Shown: positions 36,691 through 49,859 of the stretch, one piece after another
Position numbering within the stretch: position 1 is the stretch's first letter
How the letters are laid out: each line of letters opens with the position of its first letter
Assembly (NCBI RefSeq): GCF_041956535.1
Contig: NW_027192222.1
Location: 149,901-213,900 of the forward strand
Origin: Calcarisporiella thermophila CBS 279.70
Taxonomy: Eukaryota > Fungi > Calcarisporiellomycota
DNA length: 64,000 nt
Direction: 5' to 3'
Notes under the pieces: model-generated
The model's input: the letters and a program-made list of their open reading frames with translations, nothing else
Databases searched by the model: none
Told to the model about the DNA's origin: nothing
Made by a program: the position numbers and the translations under genes

Positions 36691-37940
36691 TTAACTCTTC
36701 CCTCTCTTTATTGTGTCCCCTTCGTCTTTGATCCTATTAGTCACACTCTCGATTTCGTGGGCTATAATCTTATCATCTCTCTCAGCCCCTGCTCCAACCC
36801 TCTCTTCCTCTTCGCTCTCGTTCTCCACCTCATCATCCTCCTCCTCCTCCTCCTCGCTCTCCTCATTCTCGTTTTCCTCGTTTGGAGGAAGTTCTCTCAG
36901 CCACCGCATCCTAGGTCCTGACCAGCTCTTTTCTGACACGCGGAATCCAAATATCCGCGCAGTATAGATCTTGGAGGAACTGCGGGGCAAGAGTTCAGGG
37001 TAAGTATGGAAAAGAAAATGTGGAAAAGTAGTGCCAAAATATGCTCCTAGAGAGAACAAATATTAAAAAAAGTTTAGTTGGAATACAATACGATTTCAAA
37101 TAGGGGCAAGCCACAACATCTAGTTCATGGAAAAAAAAAACCCAATCGATATTCTTACCATCAATATCCTGATAACGCGAACTTGACGGGTTATAAATAT
37201 CCAAACAACTTGGGCAGAACAACTTTACAGTCTCCATTCCGGGTAAATCATACCGTCCACATGGGACCACTGGAGTTGTGCGGCAGTAAGTGCGAGGACA
37301 ATAACCAAAATGACCAGCATCGTATTTATCTGCCTATTTGACGAAGAAAGGGAAGAAAGAGCAATTGGCTAAGAAGCGGAAAAAATATAAAGAGGTGAGA
37401 GCTTACCATCTGTTGTAGTCCTTGCCTTGTGATAATATATCGCTGATGGATGAGACCATAAAGAAGTTCGGCAGAGTTCTCGATCAAAGTCACGTCTGGA
37501 ACTTTGACACTATCTTCCTCTGCGTCCCCAAAAAATTCAAATGAAAAGGCAATATACAATAGTTATTAGGCATCCAAAGAGGTATATGAATCTGACTGAA
37601 TAATTGGTTACCGCTCTCGATATCTAAAATCATCTCCAAGGCCTCCTTATAATAAGGAACAAAATTCGGCAAACCTGTAAGATTGAAATCATCCTCGATA
37701 AACTCTTCTGCAACCTCCGCGAAATACTCATGTCCTGAAAGAGCGCAAAACCAAGTTATCCACGAAAGAGACTCAATGTTGCTGTCATTGGAGGAATCTT
37801 CAAATGACACGTAAACATCATTACTGAGTTAATGGATGGGGAATATAAAAGTGGTAAGGTGACCAACCATAGAACTCGTCATATTGATCTTGCTGCGTGT
37901 ATCTTGTATCATTACTATCTGCTCGCGGCGATCCCGTCAT
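36691..37940 (-). CDS. CKB1: Casein kinase II regulatory beta subunit, 5 exons
   Basis: SWITWFC..GHEYFAEVAEEFIEDDFNLTGL, AELLYGLIHQRYI, FGYCPRTYC, VKLFCPSCLDIY, DGAYFGTTFPH, ARIFGFRV; acidic tail. Confidence 0.95.
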
Positions 37941-38274
37941 GCTTTATTATGTATAAATTATGTTTTTTTTTTATTTATTTTCCAATTTCAATTTATATAG
38001 GTCTCTCCACTCTACGATCCCGTTACAGTTAGAGAGAGGAGGGTTAGCGAACAAACAGAGGAGACGTCACATTTTGATTTCATTCTCTGAAATTTAGTAT
38101 ATAAAATATCACCCAATTAAACTAAAGTTTTGCCATCGCCAAGGTTTTTTCTCACTTATATAAACCTCGACCTCCCTCTCGAAATTTTACTTTTCTCTAC
38201 TGAAGCTTTTTTTTTATCTCGCCATACGCCATAACATTTTCATATTTTCATATCTTACTATTCAATCTATAACA

Positions 38275-41131
38275 ATGGTAGAAACACGTTTCCCTGGACT
38301 TGTCATTTGCCCCCCATGCCCTCCTGAACCGGGGGTCACCGTTCCCAAGAGACCAGTTCCTCTTGAGTCGGTAAATGCGAGTATTACAAGTAAGTAATTT
38401 TTCTTCGTATACCTTTTCGATTTTTATATTAACCTTTTTTCTTGGCAATTTTATGTTTTCCAATTATCAGTTGTTGATATGATTGCGGAAGGTAAGTGAT
38501 TCAATGATTCGATTGCAATTCCATCGTGCTAATGCTCCTATGAATTTGTTAGTTACAATCACACAAACATACAAAAACAAAGAAGAGAAAGAGCCTATTG
38601 AAGCTGTATACACTTTTCCTCTGCACGAGTCCGCTGCTGTCACACGCTTTGCTGCCGAAATCGATGGTCGCATAATTGAGGGTCGTGTTGAAGAAAAAGA
38701 AAAAGCCCAGAAAGAATATGAGGAGGCTCTAAACCAAGGCCATGGCGCTATGCTGTTTGAAGAGCAACTTCCCGACGTTTTCCACGCGTCTATTGGCAAC
38801 ATCCTTCCTGGACAGACCATTACCACTCGGATATCATTTTTGATGGAAGTAAGACATGATGCCGAACATGATTCCGCCCGGTTTGTTCTTCCAACCTTTA
38901 TTGCACCTCGTTACGGCACCCCTTCTAGCTCGGCAACCCATGAGCACGATAGAAAAACTGAACTCTCCACAGGCGAATTTGCGTTTACACTAGAAGCCAA
39001 AGTCAAAATGAGTGGCGACCTGCAAAGCATCGAGTCTCCATCCCATCCGATATCTGTTCGCCTTGGCAAAGGAGGAGAGGCAACGGTCAGCCTGTCCCAA
39101 GATAACGTGAAAGTCGACAAAGACTTTGTGCTCGTTATCAATGCGGAAGGTCTAGATCGACCCAGAGCTTTTGTGGAAACGCACCCTGAGAAAGGAACTA
39201 AGTGTGTTATGTTAACGATGACACCCCGGTTTTCGTTGCGAGAAGTACGCTCCGAGTTGATCTTTGTGATTGATAGGTAAATGACATTTCTCATTCCATT
39301 TTTTTATCATTTTTTTCTTTACTGACAAATTCCTGTCTTATAGATCCGGGTCCATGTCCGAAAGAAATAAGATTCGAAAAGCTAAAGAGGCCCTTACCCT
39401 CTTCTTGCGTTCACTCCCCAGCGACTGCTATTTCAACATTATCAGGTAAAGTTCATAGCTGAGATTAATTTTTATATACTTGAGGTTAAACAAATATTAA
39501 ATCTAAATTTTAGTTTCGGCTCTGACTACTCCTCTCTTTACTCGGAATCTGCGCCTTACTCCGAATCCACTCTTAACTCAGCCATTGCCCATGTTTCCTC
39601 TATGGATGCTGACATGGGTGGGACTGAGATTCATCCTGCCCTGCAGTTTGCATTCTCTAAAAGACGCAAGGATGTACAAACTACCGTGTTCGTCCTAACT
39701 GATGGCGAGGTATGGAACGTCGAAGAGGTGTTCCAAGGAATAAAGAAAGCATCTAAAGATGGAGCCAGGCTATTTGGCCTGGGTGTGGGAGATGATGTCA
39801 GCCACCATCTGGTGGAGGGGGCGGCAAGAGCCGGCAAGGGTTACGCCCAGTTTGTAGGAGATAACGAGAGAATGGAGAAGAAGGTCATTCAAATGCTGCG
39901 CAATTCCCTGCAACCCCCCGTCTCGGACTACCAGGTTGCGTGGGTCGATTCCAGAGCAGAAATCGGGAAGGAAGGAAGTAGCAAGCAAGAGGCTGAGGGG
40001 AGTAGAACTTTAAGTTTCTATGAGGAGAAGAGAGAGGAGGGCGGAAAGCGGGTGAAGAAGTTGGATATGTCGGTGTGTCAAGCCCCCGCCGACATCCCTG
40101 TGGTCGTGCCAGGCTCACGTCTCACCGTGTTTGCGGTACTCAAGCAGAATATCGCCCCACTTGAAACGATAACGCTTCGTGGTCAAGCAGTTGAAGGACC
40201 AATTGAATTGTCCGTGCCCGTGACGAAAGCACCCGACGGACGCAGGCTTCACACTATGGCCGCCCGCAAACTAATCCAGGATCTTGAGGAAAGTTTACCA
40301 CCGCAGCCCCAATGGGACGCCACCGAAGAACAACGCAAGCAACAAGAAGCCGAATACGACGGGATCAGAGCGGAAGTGGTCGAAGTGGCGAAAGCCTACT
40401 CACTTGCGTCGAAATTCACCTCCTTCATTGCGGTGGACACGAAGACTCGCTCTGAAGTGAAGCTGAAAACACGGGTTGTGGTTCCTGGAGGCGGGATTGG
40501 TGGCTATGGCTATGTTGGCGGATCCGGTGGAGGATTTGCTCCTCCTATGGCGTCTGCGTCATTTGCCCCTAGGAGCAAAATGTTGCGCAGTGCTGCGCCA
40601 ATGATGTGCTATGCTGCGGCAGCACCCGCGGCACCACCTGGATTCGGGGGATTCGGAATGACCGCCGAAGCCTCTTTCGAAGAGGCCCCCGATATGGCAG
40701 TGGACAGCTTCAGTGCACCGCCACCACCGGCACCGCAGAATAAGCGTACTAGCGAAGAAGAAGCGGACGATGAAGCCCTACCTCCCAAGCCTAACAGCAT
40801 TGCAGCCCTACACAACCTGGTCGCACTACAATCGTTCCAGGGATCATTCCCTCCATCCGACAAGCTATCTAAGCGGCTCAATCTTGCCTCTGCTGAGAGT
40901 CTTGAAGTCCCAAGCGACGCTCTGCAGTCCGTGACAGAGGAAGCAGCGAAAAAGGAAGTGTGGTCCACCGCATGTGCGCTTGCGCTGCTCAGATTAAGGA
41001 TGGCAGAGCTCCAGGATGCTTGGGAGCTTGTGGAGCGGAAAGCTATCAAATGGATAGAAGGAAAGGGTGTGCAGGCTGAGAAAATTGTCGCTGAAGCGGA
41101 GAAGGCAGTCGCAGCCTGGTTAGAGAAATAA
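38275..41131 (+). CDS. VIT + von Willebrand A domain protein (VWA5A-like), 5 exons
   Basis: VIT domain [15 protein letters not shown]..; MIDAS motif FVIDRSGSM across an intron; MGGTEI, VLTDGEV; [11 protein letters not shown]. Confidence 0.9.
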
Positions 41132-41780
41132 TCGGCCGTCGAGATTGGTGCTCTTCAGTAAATATTGTCTTATTCAAATCTATGTCATATACACTATCAG
41201 TAATATAGTCACAACCATTCTGAGCAGCCATGTTTTATTTTAAGATGCTTTTCTTCCTATTTTAATAAAGCCCCCCATCTCTATTTTGTAATATTGAGAT
41301 AATAGCCAACTAATGCCTGCATACGAAAAACTATCCAAAGCCAAGCCCCACAGAACCATAAGCACTCTTTGAATAAACCCTAAAAGGAGTAAAAAACACC
41401 AAGCAAAGACGTCAGCATAGCTACTATGCATGGCCCCTTGGCAGGGATGGTGCTTACAACAAGAGGAGTCTCCGTGAATTTTACGGCACTTGTGCGTAAA
41501 AGGAGCTTGCACTATGTTAATAGAGCGCAAGCGATTAAGAAAATAAAATATTACCAAAATCTCTAATGCATGTTGCAGCTCGCCTTCTCTTACAAATTAA
41601 AAAAAAGTTGTATTTCAACCTTATTGGGCTATATAGAAGGAGGGATTCCAAATTGACAGATAGAAATTGCCATACATTTTAAAACTTTCTCCTTCCTTCA
41701 AGTTTTTCGCTCCACTTTCTAATTCTATTCCTTTCCTTTGTTTAATTCTTGGAATTGGTAATAAAAAAAAGTAGAAAATC

Positions 41781-42449
41781 ATGTCTTTGGCCAAGCAGAA
41801 TTTCGCCCTTGCCTCCGAGGAAGGAATTAACCAGCAGATAACAGCGGAGCTCCAGGCCTCCCAGGTCTACCTCAGTATGTCTGCGTGGTGTGGGCATGTT
41901 AATCAGGCGCTGCCTGGGTTGGAGAAATTCTTCCGAAAAAGTGCAGAGGAGGTATAATTTCAAATCTTGAGGATGGGGCGAGAGGGCGACATCACGAATT
42001 CCTAATCCCAATGCCCATGATAGGAAAGAGAGCATGCACAGAAGCTCATTGACTACCAGAATAGAAGGGGTGGTAAGGTCATTCTGCAGACTCTCCAGGC
42101 GCCTGATGTAAGCGATCCTCTCTGCTCAATTTCGTAAACAGACTGTACAACTGGTTAAACTCCGCTTATCTTGGCTGTTAAATAGAGTGATTGGAAGTCG
42201 GCCAAGAACTGCGTTGAGGCCGCTCTTCAACTCGAGAAGGACGTGAACAAGTCGCTTCTTAACCTGCACAAAATCGCTGATGAAAACGGGGATCCTCAGA
42301 TGTGCGATTTCATCGAGTCGAACTATCTCGAGGAGCAAGTCGAGGCCATCAAGAAGCTCGCCGACATGGTGACGCAGCTGAATCGGGTGGGAGCAGATGG
42401 GCTTGGCCTGTATATTTGGGACAGAGATCTTGGAGGTGCTGACGCGTAA
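41781..42449 (+). CDS. Ferritin (eukaryotic H-type), 3 exons
   Basis: MSLAKQNF..ELQASQVYLSM..SAEEEREHAQKLIDYQNRRGG..LEKDVNKSLL..DPQMCDFIESNYLEEQVEAIK. Confidence 0.95.
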
Positions 42450-42656
42450 AGGAGAGAGGGGGAAGGGACTCCGTCTATTTCATAAACTCTTTGTCTTATA
42501 AACTTGAAATATAATGCGGGTCTTAAGATGGCTTGATTGCGAACTCTTTTATTACAGGTTATATCTATAGGGCAAAAAAATTCCGAAGAATCTGTGATAT
42601 ATGTACAAAGATAGAGGGCAAACCGCTCTACTGCCACTCGTGCACCACCACTATCT

Positions 42657-43394
42657 TCAGGTGCTGGTCTCCCAATACCGCTCCATCGCCCTCCTATCCG
42701 CCACTGGCACAAATCCTTCCTCCAAGGGTGAGATTTGATCAATCACCTTATCGGGCTCATATTGAGAGTGCTGTGTAGAAGAGTAGGAGAATGAGGTCTC
42801 GGATTGGAGGGGAAAAATAAGGCTATTTAGACACTACCTTTTTGGAGCGCCTAGTTTCCTGTACCATCACTCGGCAATGAAGCCCAATGAGCCGCTCTTC
42901 AGCAATATCCAAGAGATCAGGATGCCGGCCAAGATACTTAAGAAAAAGCGCATTAGAATACAGGTGGATGGAGGAATACAACAAGCATGAGAGATACCCT
43001 GGCAAATTTTGCAGCCGAGCACCCCATCAACCCTGCGACAGCACGGTCAAAAGCCATGAACACCTCCAGCTCATCTTTGCATGCTAAAGTTAGCTTTATA
43101 AGATCACTCAATAGGCTATCACACGGAGAAGATATCATGTCTATTAGTTACTTGTAGGCGATAATGTGGCTCCGGATTAGTGGTGTCCTCGCGACACGTG
43201 TGACAATAGTATTTTTCTTCGCCTATTGCTTTGATCACTTTTCCGCGGCAAGTGCGGCAAAGTCGATAGCTAACAAAATGATAAACACAGCTATTAGCTA
43301 AATCTTCTTGATGCAAGAAGACTACGCTCATTAGAATTACATACATCATATTACGCGTCGTCGCCTGCACGATAACCGCCGAATCGAGAATCAT
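42657..43394 (-). CDS. Small Zn-ribbon OB-fold protein (RPA1-C/DDIAS-N-like), multi-exon
   Basis: YRLCRTCRGKV..YYCHTC..PHYRLQLTLA..AFDRAVAGLMGCSAAKF, assembled from short GT-AG exons. Confidence 0.7.
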
Positions 43395-43559
43395 AATTCT
43401 CTCGTGCACTTGAGAAGAATTGAAGATTAATTTGCTATACCAAGAAATTCAATTATTTCCCCAGCCACATATGGCATTAATGAAAGGGCTATATTGATAA
43501 GTCTGCCCTCGTGTAAGAGTTATATAGGCGATAGAGTCTCCTCCTCGCTCATCATAATA

Positions 43560-46435
43560 ATGATAACAAGTAGACAAATAAATCGATCAATACTAATACT
43601 GGTGTCCGTTGTTTTCTTTGCCAATGCTATCGTCTCCCTTGCTCATCGCGATACTACGCGTACGCTCTTGAAGCGAGATCTAGGTGAACAGAATGTAAGC
43701 CCCTACTCTTGATCCCGACCCTTTCTCCTTGAATGTCCTTATAAACGCAATTATTTAATCTCTTCATTTAGTGTAAAAACCCTTATGAATCCAATGACTA
43801 TTGCGAATACGTAAAAAGCCAATGCGGGGATTTTACCGACGGAATGTTAAACTATTTGGAGGTGTACTTTTGCACATTCTCCCCCGTAAGACCACTCGGG
43901 TTTGGACTCTTGGTAAGCTGTGGTTGAATTGAGCTGTAAAATGGATGGAATATATACTGAACGAGTGTTCCTCTAGTTTATTTGGCTGCTGTTCCTCTTT
44001 GGATTTGTGGGAATCGCGGCCTCGGATTTCTTCTGTAAGTTTCTTGGCCTTCCACCCTCGCTGTGTCGCATAAATATAATTGCCCATGTTCATTTATTTT
44101 TATAGGCCCAGATCTCGCCACCATAGCCTCCAGCCTCAACCTTTCGGAGAGCGTGGCCGGCGTTACATTTCTTGCTATTGGCAATGGATCTCCCGACGTA
44201 TTTAGTACATTTAGCGCCATGAAGACAAACGCTGGTTCACTCGCTTTCGGCGAACTTCTTGGTGCTGCCGCATTTATTTCCAGCGTAGTGACAGGCTCCA
44301 TGGCTCTGGTTACTACCTTCTCCGTTAGCAAGCGTTCATTCATTCGTGATTTGCTCTTTTTCGCATTTGCAGTTTTGTTAGTTCTCCTGATGGTGATGGA
44401 CGAGAAGCTCTATTTTTACGAGTGTCTGCTGTTGATTCTGTACTATGCCGCCTATGTCGTGGTGGTGGTAGGCGGGAGCTATGTAAAGCGGAGAATCGGG
44501 GCATATCAAGAGCTCATGCAACGCGCGAGAAACGAGTATGAGGATGCTATAGAAACGCAACGAGAAGAATTGGAGAACCTCTTGGCTGGTAATGATCGCA
44601 TACACCAGGAGCAGCTTCAACGAGAACGTCAACGACAGCAGCAGGGACAGCAAGATTTAGAACGTGCAAACGATTTCCGGATCTCCCCCAGACTTCAGGT
44701 TGATACGACCTCATTCATTGGTCCCGATAGATCACGGGAGGAGATCCAACACTATGGCCCATTTACTGCCCAACCACTTGGACGCGGCTTTAGTTACGGA
44801 TTTCCCTCGGTTGTCCCACGATCGCGCACCCACGATTACCACGGGGCTCATCGCGATGGTAGGAGACCTACAGGGCCGGGCGATTTGTTTGTGGGAGGCG
44901 TTCACATGCATTTACACACCCCGCGTCCGGGTATCAGGCCGTCTCTTGTGACAGCGATTGAGTTTCGAGATGTGGTAAATTCTTTGCAGCGTTTGCATTT
45001 GCCATCCCAAGAGAGTGTGCGTGCTTTCACAACATCAACCAGTGGGCCACATGCCTCCCGGCTGCAAACTCCAGCACAGGGCCGCTTAAAAGCTGGATCC
45101 TGCCCTGGGAGGCTTCGGGAGACGGAAGACGAGGCTGCCATTTACGAATCGCCCAGTTCGATTCCTCAGCTCGGACCTGGAGAGAGCGAGGAGCGGTCAG
45201 ACTATTTTGGTGCCGTTGGTCCTGCAGCGGGAGCATCTCAAGAACTCCGTGCCAGTCAGGCCCAGTCCGCTCGTGATGAAATCGTAGTAGGTAAGCGAAC
45301 GCGTTTGCAGGCTGCCCTTAAACGGGTCTTAGCCACGCTTTTCCCATCATTGCACGGGTGGCAGCAAAAGTCGCTGTTTTCCAAAGTTCTATCAATTTTG
45401 GTGTGTCCGATTCAGTTTGCCATGATTCTGACTCTTCCGGTTGTGGACGAAGCCGCCATGCAAGAATCCAACTCGGAGACGATCGGAATGCTGGATGCAA
45501 TATCCGAAGAGAGAGAAGGATTACTGAGCAACACAGAGGATGACTCGGATAGGGAGGAGGAAACTGGAAATGTAGACGGTGCAGAGCAGGAGAGATTATC
45601 AGCGAATAACCTGACTGTAGAGGAGTACAGCAGTGAACTCCCCGAGGTGGGTGGATGGTGTCAGTGGTTAAGTGCAGTCCAGTTAGTGCTCTCTCCGATG
45701 TTCGCAACGACAGTAATATGTGTCGGGTGGGGGCACTCGCTTACTCCGGTTCTGTTTGTGGCGGGAATAGGTGCCATAGCTGCCCTCCTTCTGTTGGTAT
45801 TCACCCACCCCCACAAGATTCCGAGACATTTATACCTGATGTGTTATTTGGGCTTTCTGGCGGCCATATGCTGGATCTATATCATGTAAGTGCTCCTTGC
45901 CCCCATTTTGGCTCCTTTCGACCTTAGTTGCACATGTATTCACCCTCTTCTCTCGCCGCTTTCCCCCTCTTTTAGCGCGAACGAGGTGGTTGCTGTACTC
46001 AAATCCATCGGTCTCATTCTTGGCCTCAGCGACGCCATCCTCGGTCTGACCATCTTTGCCATGGGCAACAGTCTTGGCGATTTCGTAGCGAATATCACTA
46101 TGGCCCGCATGGGCTTCCCCATGATGGCCTTTAGTGCATGCTACGGGGGCCCGTTGCTCAACATGCTCCTTGGCATTGGGATTGGGGGCCTGTACACTAC
46201 GTGGCCGAGCCGCGGGGTCGCCTACTATCCTCTCAAAATGTCTGTTTCTCTCTTGGTCACCTCTCTTGGGCTGATCCTTGTATTGGTACTCACCTTGGTG
46301 ATTGTCCCATTGAATGGGTACAAGGTCACGCGCAAATGGGGCCTCTTGGTGATGGGCATCTATTTCATAGGAATGGGTATGAACGTGGTGTTGGAGATGA
46401 AGGGGAAAAATAAGAGCTTTTCTTTGGAACACTAG
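43560..46435 (+). CDS. Cation/Ca2+ exchanger (CCX/NCLX, Ecm27-like), multi-exon
   Basis: Alpha-1 repeat AGVTFLAIGNGSPDVFS and alpha-2 repeat LGLTIFAMGNSLGDFVAN..ACYGGPLLN. Confidence 0.93.
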
Positions 46436-46723
46436 TAGAACTTTTCTCTATTTTTATTGTGATGTCTACTTTCCTATTGCAATGTGTATTATTATTTTTT
46501 TTCCTATTTCTTTATATTTTTATTTACAGCTTCTTGTATATTTAACCGTTTGGTTTAGCTTCACTCTCTTATCCCGTTGAATTTAATCTTCATTTTGTCA
46601 CCTCCAGAGGTTATGTTAGCAATCTATTACACTTGCATTCCTGTCTATTATCTCTACCAAACGAAAACAAAAAAATCTAGAAAAATCGAGCTTTCCTCGT
46701 CCGCCCATCTCAAATCCAACCTT

Positions 46724-47075
46724 CTATGACGAAGACTTTTCTGCCTCCTGTTGTTGGCGCACCAGTTTCTCATATGCACGCTGTCTGTACTCTAGAATAC
46801 GGCGTTTATTAAAGTATTCAACCTATTCACAAGAGATTAGCGCCTGTTCTATTCGTTTTAACACCATACTCTCTCAGCACTGGATTACTCACCCAACTCT
46901 TCATGCATTCCTTCTCATAATCTTGGCGCTCTTGATCGCATACGCCCTCTACGGGTTTGACAACATTTTTAGCATCGAGACATGCAAAGTATTTATCACG
47001 AAAGTCCCAACATTTCTGGCGGTGCTCGCGATTGGGTGCTTTCTGTGATGTGGGCGCTGGATCCTGTGTCGACAT
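46724..47075 (-). CDS. COA6: Cytochrome c oxidase assembly factor 6 (COX6B family), 2 exons
   Basis: PNREHRQKCWDFRDKYFACLD..CDQERQDYEKECMKSW|VEYFNKRR. Confidence 0.88.
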
Positions 47076-47903
47076 TGTGATCCACTTCACGTCAATACGC
47101 AACTCTGTCTATGAGCTACTTGGCACTCTATTCGAAATGTAATGAAAACGAGTGACGTAACAGCAAAATAATACGCGAATCGAGTCATTTTGCTCGATTG
47201 CCGGGCCAATTTCAGTATATCCAGGCCTGCTCTTTTCTTTTGAATTTTGCCTTTGGAAAAGGACCGAGGGATCGATGCCTTTTCTCGGCCAGCTTCCAAA
47301 CCAGTGTGGCCAACAGCCTCGTCTTCAACTCGCAATCCTCCTCAACACCAGCTAGGCTTTAATTGCTGCACCTTGGATCCTCTTTATGTCGTCGTTTGGT
47401 ACAGAAACACGCCACCACCACCCCCTCTTCACTTTTTAAGCTGGGCTCCATCCTGGAGCCACCGCGTAGACTAATACGTATGACCCAGGGGGGTTCGCCG
47501 CGTCTCAAACCGCAAATTGCTCCTAGACGGCTTATTAAGTGGACCTAGCTCGATATTCCCCAATGCCCGATTCGAACCAGAGCCAGATCAAAGTCCATTG
47601 GGCACTTGAAACTCCGCGGGAGCCGCCTGTTGCGGGGTTTTCAAGGCCAGGGTCAAAAATGGTAGGGAAATTCATATTTCCTTTAAGCTGGGGGGCCTGC
47701 GCTTGATCAATGCGTTGGAAAACTCGTGAAGGCATTTTTTTTATAAGATCAAAACGTCTCTTTCTTCCTCTTCCCGCTTTCCTTTTCTCTAATATTTCCC
47801 CTCTCTTCCGTCGCTGCTCCCTCGCCCCCTATAGATTCAGCTCATCTTTGCCTACCCTTTCTCTGCTCCATTCCGCTGGGCATACGGGCTTCCTCGCTGG
47901 ACA

Positions 47904-48095
47904 ATGAACAGAAAGACGGTGCAGTTTTCGCGTTTTACCAAGATACTACCAACCTATTCCGATACCGACTATGACCGCAGAGCATGGGCACCCCGACTGA
48001 ATGTCGAAGACTGGAGAGAAGTGATGGAGATGAGAGAGAAGCGCAAGCTCATTGTAAAAGAAGAGGAGGGTGATGTCAAGACCGGTCTAAATTAG
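47904..48095 (+). CDS. 63-aa candidate microprotein with a PP1-docking module
   Basis: RKTVQF (RVxF) followed by ILPTYSDTDYDRR; preceded by a pyrimidine-rich leader and followed by an AT-rich 3' region. Confidence 0.65.
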   Translation: MNRKTVQFSRFTKILPTYSDTDYDRRAWAPRLNVEDWREVMEMREKRKLIVKEEEGDVKTGLN

Positions 48096-49034
48096 AATTT
48101 GCTTTCACCATTATTCTCCTTTACATCTCATTTTCTTTATTGGCTCGTCTCTTCATCCGACAAGCAAACTAGTCCTGGTGTCTGAGCGGTCCTTGTTTCT
48201 TATTTCCTTTTATTTCTTGTTTTGTAAATATTTTTATCTTGGCTTCCACCTTTATCTATTGTAATTTTTGAGGAGAAACCTTCTCCGTAAAGACATAATA
48301 AGAATGGCCTGAGCCACTCGCCTCTGGCCCAACGTCATGCTAATTTCTTCCTGAAAAGGCCAAACCAGTTAAGGATAGAGGGCCTATGATAACCTTGGCT
48401 GTAGCTCTTTTTGATAGCATCAGGCATAAAACTCTCCTGCACCCAGTCATTGTAATTCGCCCCAATTTAGATGAACAGATTGTGGCGTGAACTTTGAGAG
48501 AGTTATTGAAATTTAACTGGGCCGGCGACGAACGAGCTATCATGAGAGAGAGCGAAAGGTAAGAAATCTCTTGGCTAAAATACGGAACACCAAATATCGA
48601 GAGCATAGGCACACCGCGCAGGGAGGCTTCTAGAAATCTATAGAGAGTTTGAAAAAAAAAAACGACGTCGATTTTCGAGCCATTGACTGGTTACCTAGTA
48701 AGTCTCTCAAAGGAGAAGCCTCCATAACCTATATATTTCTAATGCATTCAGCTCAGTACTCCCCAATGCAAAGCTCCGGATATTAGGGACTTGAGCATAC
48801 TATCAGCGCATATAACCGCGCAAATCCATATAAAAAATATGTGGTACTGTGGGTGATTCCTGTTATTACTTGTTATCATATATAGCAGGCTTAAATTATA
48901 TAAATTTTATATATACAAGAGCATGTAAACAGAAATTAAAAATAATGACAAAAATAGTTTAAATACACATGCTCATTGCTCTAGGCTAGTTTATTTTTAC
49001 ACTGTTGAAGAAAATAGAGTCATCATATCGGTAG

Positions 49035-49859
49035 TCAAGTCAAACGCAAGGATATTTTCCACCACCTCCACCACCATCTGGATTCAACTACCGAGTAAAA
49101 TTTCTTGGATTTCTGGAGAGTTTCAGGATGAGTTGGGCCAAGTAGAAGGTCCGAGATCATAAGCGAACGCAAGTAGACTAACTCAGTATCTTCGAAATCG
49201 GTGTGTTTCATTTGGGATACACCGAGATCACTTACATATGTTATTATATAAGGGAATTCGTAAGCCAAATAGCTATCCCTAATCTCAAGTGCCTGCTGAA
49301 AGGTGAGACGTGCATCAGCAAGGTTTCCATTTTCTAGATATAATCTTGAGAAATTGCTCATAATTTTCCCTATTTTATAGGGATCCGGATGTTGTTGACT
49401 CTCTTCAATTGCTTTAGCTCGTCGGTAGATATCGACAGCTAAGTTGAAATTACGCAATTTCGTATATAATCCAGCCAAATCACTCGGTATATCTGTTATT
49501 TCGCAGTTTTCTGCCCCATAAATCTTTTCCATTATAGCCACACATCTTTGATACAATTGCTCTGCCTTGTCATAGTTTATTAGACGTTGGTAGAAATAGG
49601 CCAACATCCTCAGAGCATCTGCTGCTTCACGACTCTCAGCTCCATAGATTCTTTCCATTAAAGCCAAATAACTTTGATGCAACTGCTCTATCTTGAGATA
49701 ATTTCTGCGATGTTGGTAGAAATAGGCCAACAGCTCCAGAGCATCTGCTGTTTCACAACTCTCAACTTCACAGAATCTCTCCATTATAACCACATATCTT
49801 TGATACAGTTGCTCTGCCTTGTCATGGTTTCTGCATAGGTTAGGCATGTTATGTATCAA
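49035..49859 (-). pseudogene. Kinesin-light-chain-type TPR repeat protein, 5'-eroded remnant
   Basis: 42-aa repeats (YDKAEQLYQR..IMEKIYG..E.ADAL..LAYFY) at 126-nt spacing; degenerate repeat sequence continues upstream out of frame. Confidence 0.65.

Noticed and set aside
41640-41780. Iron-responsive element in the ferritin 5' leader
   Set aside because: No CAGUGN-loop hairpin is present.
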